64,000 nucleotides of DNA from Perna viridis (taxonomy: Eukaryota), in the NCBI GenBank assembly GCA_037379345.1, contig CM074513.1, positions 34,344,885-34,408,884 on the forward strand, given 5' to 3'. The position numbers were made by a program, and so were the translations under genes. Shown here piece after piece: positions 41,443 to 50,708 of this stretch. Under the pieces are notes generated by a model, which ran no database searches, was not told the origin of the DNA, and saw only the letters and a list, made by a program, of their open reading frames with translations. Every line of letters starts with the position of its first letter. Position 1 is the stretch's first letter.

Positions 41443-43735
41443 TTGTTGTTTTGAGCTGATAATTCTGATAATTCGACTGTCTTTGTGGAAATAAACCAAT
41501 AAAATCCCCAAAACTCTTTCGTAACACAGAGTTAGCCAATCATTTGCACGATATGAGTGACGCCGACCATCAGCTGACTGTTCCTATGGTTTAATTTTCG
41601 TTTTCGTGCTAACATACATACCCAATACTGTTAGACACGGTTTGCACTCGCATGTGATATTTGTAATGCATGACGGGCAGAGGGGTTTCTTAACGCCCTT
41701 GGCTATCATTTGGGGTCTCTCGCGGACGGTGTAAAGCATTGAAGCGTTTACACAGTCCCCGGGCAGTCATACCCGTGAATGTGGGTCATGGTGTATTCTG
41801 GGAAATTAGTTATCATGTGACCATGTTCTTTCGTTAAATTCATTAAATGCATTATCACGTGATTTAATGTCGATCCGTGACCTAGTGTTCCAATTTGAAA
41901 TCTGTGCTCCATATATTGTACAGCCTACAGTATTTGCTGAATTTTTTACCCAGCAAAATACTTTTTGTAAAATCAACACCTCCAACTGCATGTCAGACAG
42001 AAAGGTAGGTCAACTTAATGGTGCACGCCAGTCAATTGATGAGAAATCTCCAATCCGAAAAGATAATGTTACGTTTCCGTTCACCATTTTAAAATTTTGT
42101 CGGGTAGAGATTTATTTTATCTAAAATTTTAAAATGGAATAAGTCATAGTGACACCAAACTTAGAATAAAATGAACCAAATATACAACAACTAATAGTCT
42201 GAGTCCACGGCCTAATCCCTTTTTGGGATTCGGCGCTTGAGATGTTTTTTTTTGTTTTGACGGTGGTGGTCAAAACAAAAAAAATATTTAATTCAAGTGC
42301 CGAATTCCAAAAGGGATTATCCACGACCAAGAGCGCACTTACGGCATGTGTGTTAACAATCGAATCTAAGTATAAAAAAACAATATTTCTCTTTGTTTTT
42401 CCATTTTCCATTAGGATAGAAAAATAAAATATGGCTTTATTTTCTATTTTTTGCCGAAAGACGATCGGCAGACTTAATATTTTTTTTTTCAAAATAACAA
42501 ATAAGAAACTTGGGTAGGGGGTCTGAAGGAGGGTCGGTAGGGTGACCGGAAACATAACATAGTTTTAGGCCTAAACTTCAGCAGTGCTAGAGGTTGTCTT
42601 GCAACTATTTTGTTGCAAAACACATGGCATTGAGGAATCTGTCGAGTTGGGATAGTCCAGTTATCTGCCCATTCATGTAACATGAAGTTTCGGGGACTCT
42701 ACATTATACATATAGATATTATGTACACGCAAAAGTACAATGTACATGTAAGTACATTCCATAGGAGCTTCAACGATTTTTAGTTTTGCTATATATGTAT
42801 ATGTCAGACTGCATGAACTGACCACTGTTAATATGATTTTTAATTAAACCATTTTTATGACTTCATGCCAATAAAGTAAAGTTTGTACATGTACATAAAA
42901 ATATAATTTTAGTCACATTCATACTTGACCATTTGTTAATAGGGTTGGGATTTTATCAAGTATCAAGACATTAATACTACACACTTAAAAATAACCAAGT
43001 TTTTTAAAATTGTGAAACATTTTTTCATGCTATTTGGAAGTTGATAAAATTGTTTGACACAAGATTTAGTTGAAATATTGATTTTGAAGTATTAACTGAG
43101 CAAGTACGGATGGGTTTAGACTTCATATAAGTCCTTCATATACCGGTATTATAATTTTGATTCATAAGAATTTTGAATGTTTTCTGTTGAGTACATGACT
43201 GTAAGTGGGAAAACTTTATAGTTTTGCAGCTTTATTTTCTTTTGATAGAGAACTGTTTAACTAGGACTAATGTAAAAACAAAGACCTTATATATGTAAAA
43301 AATTGCGGTCGTATATTGGTAGCGGCGTCATCGTCGGCGGCGTCCATGTCGTCGTCGTCCATATTCACTTCGTTTTCGTGCGATGACTTTAGTTATGGTT
43401 GATCAATTGTTATGGAATTGATATGATTTTACTAACTACTAAAGGAATGCTCCTATTTAATTTTGAGTTTATGACCCCTACCGTTTTCAAGTTAGGACCA
43501 TCCATGTAACTGACAGATACCAGTTTGTTGGTTTCTGTTAAAAAAACTGAGAGTCTAGAATTTTACCAAGCTAACGTGCATAAAGTGAAATGGTCAATCC
43601 TAAACATGACATATCAAGTTCAACACATCCATGCAAGTACACCTTCAAAAAAGAAGCATTGTTATATGTATATGATTTTTCTGATGGTTATGTCAAGCCA
43701 TTGTGGAATTTGTTCCCCATTTATTGATGTCAGTA

Positions 43736-43835
43736 AGTAGTGTCAAAAGGCCGATTCTACCCCACATGCAGAAATCCTGCAAAAAAAACTCAACCCCGAC
43801 GGCCAAATGCAAACGGACGGCATCCCTATTGAGCA
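43736..43835 (+). repeat. Left terminal inverted repeat
   Basis: AGTAGTGTCAAAAGGCCGATTCTACCCCACATGCAGAAA...CATCCCTATTGAGCA. Confidence 0.95.
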
Positions 43836-43854
43836 TAGGGTAAATACAAGAATT

Positions 43855-44523
43855 ATGGCTTTCGTACAGAGCACAAGTCAGGTCGCTCCAGCCGAGGATA
43901 GTGGGGATGTGGATAAGGACACCTTAAAGAGAGGTGTGCCACATATTGAAATAAATAAAGGGATGGCATCCAATAGTGATAATATGAATCGCTACCAGGA
44001 CTTCTTTCTGGAGAATGAAGAAGATTTGGAGGATACCACTCCAACCCCAAACCCCAACGTGATGCAGGTGGATGAGCATATCCAACAGTGCCGAAATTGC
44101 GGTGCACAATCAACCATGCCGCAATTTTAGCATCAACCAGGGGGAGCAGAAGACCACCTGCGGCATCCCACTCAAGAGAAAGAAGGGGCAGTTCTGCAAG
44201 AGCAAGCCTGGGAAGGATGGTCTCTGCTGGAGGCATAGCAAGGAACCACGCCAGGAGGAGGAGGAGGAGAAGGAGGTCATTCCAATCGTAGGTAAGATCG
44301 TGGTCAAAGAGACCATGGAGGCACTCCGTAAAATAGCTAAGGAAGAGGGTCTGAGGGGGTCAGTAGGAAAAACAAGGAGGCCTTGGTGGAGCTTATCGAG
44401 GAGAAAACCAACCGAAAATTCGCTCGCGAGGAGGTCTTTAGCAGAAAGGAGCTCAAAGCACTCGCCAAGAGCCGTGGGATTACCAAATAATCCCGGCTCA
44501 AGAGAGGTGATCTACTCCAACAG
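43855..44523 (+). pseudogene. Maverick left-end coding region: acidic N-terminus, C3H Zn-finger and two Rho-N-like helical repeats (probably the pPolB N-terminal extension)
   Basis: MAFVQ start at 43855; CGIPLKRKKGQFCKSKPGKDGLCWRH; TMEALRKIAKEEGLRG/NKEALVELI and RKELKALAKSRGITK*SRLKRGDLLQQV. The last is in frame with ORF 44524. Confidence 0.6.
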
Positions 44524-46658
44524 GTGGAGGAGAGCATCAGAAGCGCCTCAGTCGAAGATGAGATTAAGATCACCGATAGGCGGGAAGCGCTGCATGGCGT
44601 GTTTGGCACGGTCATCATCGAACCTTTGAAATCGTATGACGTAGCTACGTTTCTCAAGCTAAGTCGAAGCACGATCTCCACCACCATCTCATATGTTCTC
44701 ACCCAAAAGAAGGGATTGAAGGTCCACTTAGTGCTCCTAGTGGAGACGGTGAAAACGAGCCTCACGACCAAAGAGAATATCTACATCACCACTCCCTTCA
44801 GATCACGCACGACAATGCTCATGGTATCTGACGACCTCGGCTTGGAGATCGCCTCCATGATGGAGAAGATCAAGGAAAGTATGGCTAGTTATATGGGCGA
44901 AGGGAGTGGATGGACTTTCAGCATCGTCGATAAGCTAGAAATCCATCTGAACCAATTCAAGCCGCTCAAGGGGGGTTCCTTCATACAGACGCCATCGGCA
45001 CTCGCAAAAAAGAAGGCGATCGTCAATGTGAAGAATGAGGACGATTGCTGCTTCCAGTGGGCGATTCTCTCAGCCCTGCATCACGAGGAGGTGGATCAGA
45101 AGCATACCAACCGGGTGAGCCAATACGCGAAATGGGAGAACGAGCTAAAATTCGAAGGCATCGACTTCCCGGTCTCTCTCAAAGCGATCGATAAATTCGA
45201 GAGGCAAAATGCCTCTATCAACGTCAACGTCTTTGGCTTCGATGGCTTTAAGAAGGGTGAGGATGAGGAAGAGGATCTTCAGGTATATCCCCTCAGAATA
45301 TCCAAGGGTACGGGCCCCACCCACGTAGATCTCCTCTTCTTGACTCCCGAAGGTAAGCAGCATTATTGCTGGATCAAGAGCCCCTCTCGACTCCTGAGCT
45401 CTCAAATCTCAGAGCACGGCCATGACCTCTTCTTCTGCCGCAGATGCCTCTGCCACTTCTCCAGGCAAGATATCCTGGACGAGCATACGGAATATTGCAG
45501 ACAGAAGGATGCCATCAGGATCGTGATGCCGGAAGAAGGATCCACCATAGCCTTCCACAATCATAAGAAGCTGATGATATTCCCATTCGTAATCTATGCG
45601 GACTTTGAATGCCTCACGGAGAAGATCGATACCTGCCGACCCGACCCGACCCGACCAAGTCCTACACGAAGCAGTATCAGCAGCACCGGCCGTCAGGTTT
45701 CTGCTATCGCGTGAAGTATGCTCACGGCGACTACAAGGAGTCGGTCGTCTACTGCGGGGAGGATGCGGCCAAGCAGTTCGTCCAATGCGTGAAGGAAGTG
45801 CGAGTGATCAGCAAGATATGCAGGGAGAAGAAGCCGATGGTGATGAGCAACGAGGATAAGAAGAGCTTCGAAGCAAGCACGCACTGCCACATCTGCGGCG
45901 GCGCATTGAATGGGGATAAGGTCCGGGACTACGACCACCTCACCGGTAAGTATCGGGGCGCGGCACACAACCAGTGCAACCTAGATTTTCAGTTTCCGAA
46001 ACTGAGTGGGTACGATGCCCATCTTTTCGTGAAGGAATTCGACGGGGGAAAATCACCTGCATCCCGAATACGGATGAGAAATATATCAGCTTCTCGAAGC
46101 AGCTAGACGATGGCCTGGAGATGAGATTCGTCGATTCGTGCAGATTCGTGCTCAGCTCCCTCGAAAATCTGGCGAAGAATCTCACGCCCGATAAATTCAA
46201 GGCGGTTCGGGGATGCTTTGGCGATAAGTACGAGTTAATGATTAGGAAGGGGGTCTATCCCTACGATTACGCCGATGGGCCTGCCAAGCTGGACGATTGG
46301 CCTGCCAAGCTGGAGGAGACTCAGCTCCCACCCAAGGAGGCCTTCTTCGGCACGCTCACCGGTGAGCACATCAGCAACGAGGACTATGCACGCGCTCAGG
46401 GAGTCTGGGGGCCTTCGACTTCAAGACGCTGCGGGACTATCACAATCTCTACCTGGAATCCGACGTAGCCATACTAGAGGACGTCTTCGAAGACTTCAAG
46501 GACATCTGCATGGGAAATTATGGGCTCGATCCTGCCCACTACTTCACGTCCCCGGGCTAGCCTATGACATGGAAATTGACAAGGTGCGCAAGCTCGTGCC
46601 TCATCTAGGCAAGCCCAAAAAATATGCCCTCCACTATCGAAATCTCAAGCTCTACTTA
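44524..46658 (+). pseudogene. Protein-primed family B DNA polymerase (pPolB), frameshifted and truncated
   Basis: GSGWTF, GGSFIQTP..LAKKKAIVNVKNEDDCCFQWAILSALH, VIYADFE (ExoI), CHIC...DYDHLTGKYRGAAHNQCNL (EndoVII-like), LSGYDAHL (ExoII), RFVDS, RKGVYPYDY, YHNLYLESDV (ExoIII), YFTSPGLA, KLVPHL...YALHYRNLKLYL, spread over several frames. Confidence 0.92.
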
Positions 46659-47375
46659 CGGGATCTCGCACCGTCGCGCCTCTCTTATGCTTCAGCGGCA
46701 CCAACTTGGAGAAGACGTCAATGATGCTCAAGAGATACTTGAAGCCTCGGTTATCGCGGGAGAAGGCGCTCATATCTACGAGATCGGCAGCCCAGGTCTC
46801 GTCCACCACACCTTCCACCACGCGACTCTTCTGAAATTTACGTCGGACTGGCTTATGCAGCTCTTCAGCTAGCTCATCCGACCATACTTTTTCCCCCACA
46901 CCCAGCCAAAATCGCGCTTTAGTGCCGATGATGGGTCTGACGATGCCACGCTCGAAGCGCTCGCGTGCGGTGGGATTGGGGATGGCATCGAGGGAGGCTA
47001 GCATCGTCTTATCGCAGATCGAATTGCATGCGGCTGTATGCTTGTGCTTGGCATAGCAAAGATCGTGGCGATAGGCGGCCTCATCGACTCGATTGATGGG
47101 CCTCGACCAAGGTTTGGGGTGCCGTCGTCATCGAGTTGCTGGCTGAGTCTGGTCCCCGGACCGGTGAAATTATGCCCAGGCAGATGCATTTCGACGGGCA
47201 TCCGATTGATCAGCTTATTCATGAGTCAAGCGCCCTCCTCCGTCTTGATGAATTGCGACTTCCGCGTACCGCACTCGGCGCAGGTCCCCACCTTCCGCCG
47301 CCGCCGTCCGTCGTTGCTCGTGATCACGGCGCGATTATTCGTCTCCGTCTTCCTCTTGCATTTCAAGCAGTACAT
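46659..47375 (-). pseudogene. Fused Zn-finger (DUF5679-like) - phospholipase A2-like - rve integrase gene; one stop, one frameshift, C-terminally truncated
   Basis: MYCLKCKRKT...GTCAECGTRKSQF; EMHLPGHNFTGPGT and RPINRVDEAAYRHDLCY (parvovirus-type PLA2); LAEELHKPVRRKF...DETWAADLVDM...GFKYLLSIIDVFSK (integrase core start). Confidence 0.88.
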
Positions 47376-47394
47376 TGCCGTTTTATATAGATAA

Positions 47395-48146
47395 ATGGAC
47401 GTTGAAGACCTTACCTGCGATGAGCCCACCGCGAGTCGTCGGTATAACCACTTTCTCCTTCCGCAGCGATCCATCCGAGGTCTGATCATCGGGAAATCCG
47501 ACTGCGGCAAGACGACAGTGCTGAATAACCTCCTCCTGCGCGATGGATTGCTCGACTACGATCGACTCTACGTCTTCGGAAAATCGCTCCACCAACCCAT
47601 CTACCAGCTACTGTGGCGGGCGTTGGGGAAGGGGTTTTTCGAAAGACGATATCCGCGACCTTCTCTTCATCAAGGATCGCTATCCCTACTCTTTGGTAGA
47701 CGTGGTGGAGGTGATGAAGCCACCGTCCAAGCCTAGCGGTATCGAACCTTTCTTCTTTGAGCAGGCGAGCGACGTGACCGATCCTCGAGAGATCGATTCA
47801 GCCCGCAAGAATCTCATGGTCTTCGACGACTTGATGCTGAGTAAGCAGAGCAAGTGCGAAGACTACTACGTGCACGTGGACTGCTTCTACCTCTGCCAAA
47901 ATTACTTCAAGCTCCCGCGGCAATCGATCCGGTAGAATGCCAACTTTATCTGCCTCTTCGAGCAGGATGCCAAGAATCGGGATTATATCCGCCGGGACCA
48001 TTGCGGCGATCTCACCCCGGCTCAATTCGATGCCCTATGCGACCACTGCTGGTCCAAGCCTCACGGATTCCTGACCATCGATCTCACGAGCCCCAAGACG
48101 GCAGTGAAATATCGAATGCAATCTATATGAGTTTTATCGAGTCTAA
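47395..48146 (+). pseudogene. A32/FtsK-like genome packaging ATPase, disrupted
   Basis: Walker A GLIIGKSDCGKTT; Walker B LMVFDD; FYLCQNYFKLPRQSIR*NANFICLF; CWSKPHGFLTIDL. Frameshift near 47635 and stop at 47933. Confidence 0.9.
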
Positions 48147-48154
48147 GATAAAGA

Positions 48155-48702
48155 ATGGATCACTTGAAGGAATTTTTCCTGGAGAATCAGCGGGACTTGG
48201 ATCGGGAAAATGCTCCCAAGCCCCCACGACCACCCCCTGAATGCAAGCACCGGTGGAAGCCTGTGCTTATTCATGGCGAAATCCGAGGATATAGCTGCAG
48301 TGGGTGTGGCGCCGAAAGGTACGCCAACCGCTTCGATGAGCAGGATTTCGAAGGAAGGACCTATAATTCCCACTCTCGTCGCAAACCTAAGCAGCCGCCC
48401 GGACCACCGTGCTGCATCAAGACCGTCCGTGGCCATCAGTGCACGTACCCATCTATATCGGGCAGTGATAAATGCAAGAGGCACTCGAAGCTTTCCCCGA
48501 GGCATGCTATCGGTGTGGTGCTAAGATCGCCCGCGGCAAAGCCTTGCATCGTATCCACGAGGAGACTATACGCGTATCCAAATTCGCCACCCTTTGGTCG
48601 GGCGTGAAACTGAGGATAGTGGAGGAGTACGATCTCCTCAAAGGCGTGCAGAGGGCCGACCGCGAGCCTTTCTGCTCTTCCAAATGCATGGAGAGTGCGT
48701 AG
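48155..48702 (+). pseudogene. Cys-rich multi-Zn-finger accessory ORF (one probable frameshift)
   Basis: CKH...CSGC; CCIKTVRGHQCTYPSISGSDKCKRH; CYRC...FCSSKC, in overlapping ORFs 48155..48607 and 48472..48702. Confidence 0.55.
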
Positions 48703-48794
48703 GATCCACTATCCCTTCGGGAAGTGGGGGTAAATCCACGGTTTTTGCATCCCGCTAAGGCAGGAGGCAAAAAGCATTGGAGGGCTATGGCTCG

Positions 48795-49155
48795 AACGCT
48801 AGGGGTGATCAATCCAACGCTTAGGGGCGTTCGCTCCAACGCTTAGGGGCGTTCGCTCCAACGCTTAGGAGCGTTCAAACCAACGCTTAGGTAAAATCTT
48901 GGCAAATAACGTCTCCGTCCTTCCCTAGGCTCTGACGGGTGCGGATGCCCTCCCTCCGTATTCACACTTTTCTGGGTTCGTCACGACCGTCCCCACGAAT
49001 CTTCACACATTGCAAACTTTCGTGGGGACGGTCGTGACGCTAAGGGGCGATCGATCCAACGCTTAAGGGCGATCAATCCAACGCTTAGGGGCGTTCGCTC
49101 CAACGCTTGGGGCAATCAATCCAACGCTTAGGGGCGTTCGATTCAACGCTTAGGG
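48795..49155. repeat. Two arrays of 22-bp direct repeats flanking a perfect 21-bp inverted repeat
   Basis: CCAACGCTTAGGGGCGTTCGCT-like units with cores at 48795, 48816, 48838, 48860, 48882 and 49037, 49058, 49080, 49102, 49123, 49145; hairpin arms 48979-48999 / 49019-49039. Confidence 0.9.
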
Positions 49156-49177
49156 TCGATGGCGAAGCTATAAATAA

Positions 49178-49298
49178 ACGACGTTTATCAAGATCAACGA
49201 TCCCAAGCAGCGTGAGGCGCTTGCCAGGGACTTCCAGGAGACCAAGCGCAGCATTCAGGCTAACGATATGCAGCGTCGCCTAGATAAGATCGGACTCA
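49178..49298 (+). pseudogene. N-terminal remnant of a conserved adintovirus/Maverick structural-region protein
   Basis: After TATAAATAA, ACG (probable decayed ATG) opens TFIKINDPKQREALARDFQETKRSIQANDMQRRLDKIGL, resembling the M.FLKIxDPxKR N-terminus recalled from Maverick ORFs. Confidence 0.5.
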
Positions 49299-49690
49299 AC
49301 CTTTTCCTTCTCCATCCCGCTCAAGCACGTCTTTGGCTTTGCCGAGGACTACGATAAGATCGTCTACGGATTCAAGCACGAGCTCTCCCTGGTGCGCGAT
49401 TCGGATGCCAATGCCATCCTCCGAGCCGCCGCCGTCAACGACGTGGCCAAAGTAGTATTGAGCAAGGTTTCCTGGTTTGTCCCCCACGTCATCCCCTCCG
49501 ACGAAAAGAAGCTGCGGCTCTATAAGACCATCCAGAGCAAGACCAAGATCGATTGCGGATTTCGCATGAGGCAATGCGACTTCATCGCCGTGCCCCAGAC
49601 CTGGCGTCTGGCCGCTAAAAGCGGGCGAGAAAAACCGCAATGGATCATCGCCTTTCAGACCGAACGGGATAATGACCAGCTGCATCCGCA
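49299..49690 (+). pseudogene. Double-jelly-roll major capsid protein, internal fragment
   Basis: TFSFSIPLKHVFGFAEDYDKIVYGFKHELSLVR...LSKVSWFVPHVIP...WRL...EKPQWIIAFQT is characteristic of Maverick/adintovirus MCP. Confidence 0.85.
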
Positions 49691-49911
49691 AAAAGCGTAA
49701 AAAGCATTAAGATACCGTGCGTATCGCCAGATCCTACCAATCCAAGATTGAAGATGCAGTGAGCAAAGCGCTGGAGGATGATGATATCGATGAATCTGAA
49801 TTTGCAGGGGTTGTGAAATGTCTTGGCTTCTACTACGACGAAAAGCAGCAGCTGCGAAAACCTTCCACCACCACCACTTTTAGTGAAGACCTTACTACGC
49901 ATGCGCCATAG
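49691..49911 (+). pseudogene. C-terminal remnant of a conserved Maverick helical protein
   Basis: KKRKKH*DTVRIARSYQSKIEDAVSKALEDDDIDESEF...YYDEKQQLRK fits the KKH...SKALxDxxIxxxEF pattern recalled from Maverick ORFs. Confidence 0.55.
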
Positions 49912-50210
49912 GGAGTATTCTTCCAACGCGCGCCTTGCTCGGCTACGCCTCGCTCTTGATCCTTCTCTTTGTTTAGCGTGGAGCAAGCCCGTGCTCTAGT
50001 GGTCTCTCCTTCTCGATCCTTCAGGGTGAGGATTTTGCTCTTGCCAATTTTTCCTTCCACTTCTACCACTTCTAAGATCTTATAGATCTTCCCAGTAGGC
50101 AAATGCTTCCATCCGATGGCTTCCTGATTCTGGTCCTGCACCTTCTCCTGAAAGGCGTCTTCGCTGATGAAGTCATCCATATCGACGAAACCATTATGTA
50201 CGAAAGTCAT
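49833..50210 (-). CDS. Maverick right-end ORF, possible OB-fold/ssDNA-binding-like protein (C-terminus uncertain)
   Basis: Starts 11 bp inside the right TIR after TTAATAAATC; beta-rich WKHLPTGKIYKILEVVEVEGKIGKSKILTLKD. Confidence 0.55.
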   Translation of the reverse strand: MTFVHNGFVDMDDFISEDAFQEKVQDQNQEAIGWKHLPTGKIYKILEVVEVEGKIGKSKILTLKDREGETTRARACSTLNKEKDQERGVAEQGARWKNTPYGACVVRSSLKVVVVEGFRSCCFSS

Positions 50211-50221
50211 GATTTATTAAG

Positions 50222-50320
50222 TGCTCAATAGGGATGCTGTCCGTTTTCATTTGGCCGTCGGGTTGGGATTTTATGCAGGATTTTCTGCATGTGGGGTAGA
50301 ATCGGCCTTTTGACACTACT
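50222..50320 (-). repeat. Right terminal inverted repeat
   Basis: Reverse complement of 43736-43835, with several substitutions and indels in the inner part. Confidence 0.95.
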
Positions 50321-50708
50321 TCAGTAGATATTTGGTAACATATGTTAATGGATATTTATCAACATACGCATAATTCAATTATTGATATCTATAAATGGAA
50401 GAATTTTCTAGACAATGCAAGCACATTTAAGACAAAACGTATGTATGTTCGAATTTGCTCTTCGGGCAATACCAGTCTGTGTCCACACTTGTTTACACAG
50501 GAAAATAATTTGACAAGTATCAAAGTGGCCCGTTTTTACCCCTTATTCCTCAATACCTCCAAAAATCCCAGCCATCCTACTTCTTTTTATTTATTTATTT
50601 TCTGGTGAGTATGGCACCTTTTGGTGCTACATTTGTATTTGCATTTTTGCTAGCTCTTAAAAATTATTTCCGTTCATCAGGAAAATTTGCTGGTCCCTTT
50701 TTGTCCCC

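Larger units (their letters stand above)
43736..50320. mobile_element. Maverick/Polinton (adintovirus-like) endogenous element, non-autonomous deletion derivative, 6585 bp
   Basis: AGTAGT...ACTACT termini; ~100-bp TIRs (first 39 bp identical); exact 6-bp TSD TCAGTA at 43730-43735 and 50321-50326; GC-rich, intronless interior with pPolB, rve integrase, ATPase and capsid remnants. Confidence 0.95.

Noticed and set aside
48795-49155. CRISPR-like array
   Set aside because: Repeats are contiguous with no unique spacers, there are no cas genes, and the context is eukaryotic.
43853-49986. Many overlapping opposite-strand ORFs in the Maverick (e.g. 44337..44771, 45145..45405, 48143..48505, 49296..49691)
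   Set aside because: Expected in GC-rich coding DNA; the conserved motifs are on the other strand.
43736-50320. Bacterial or phage contamination / misassembly
   Set aside because: The exact TSD and TIRs at both host junctions, and the eukaryotic Maverick gene set, indicate a true integration.
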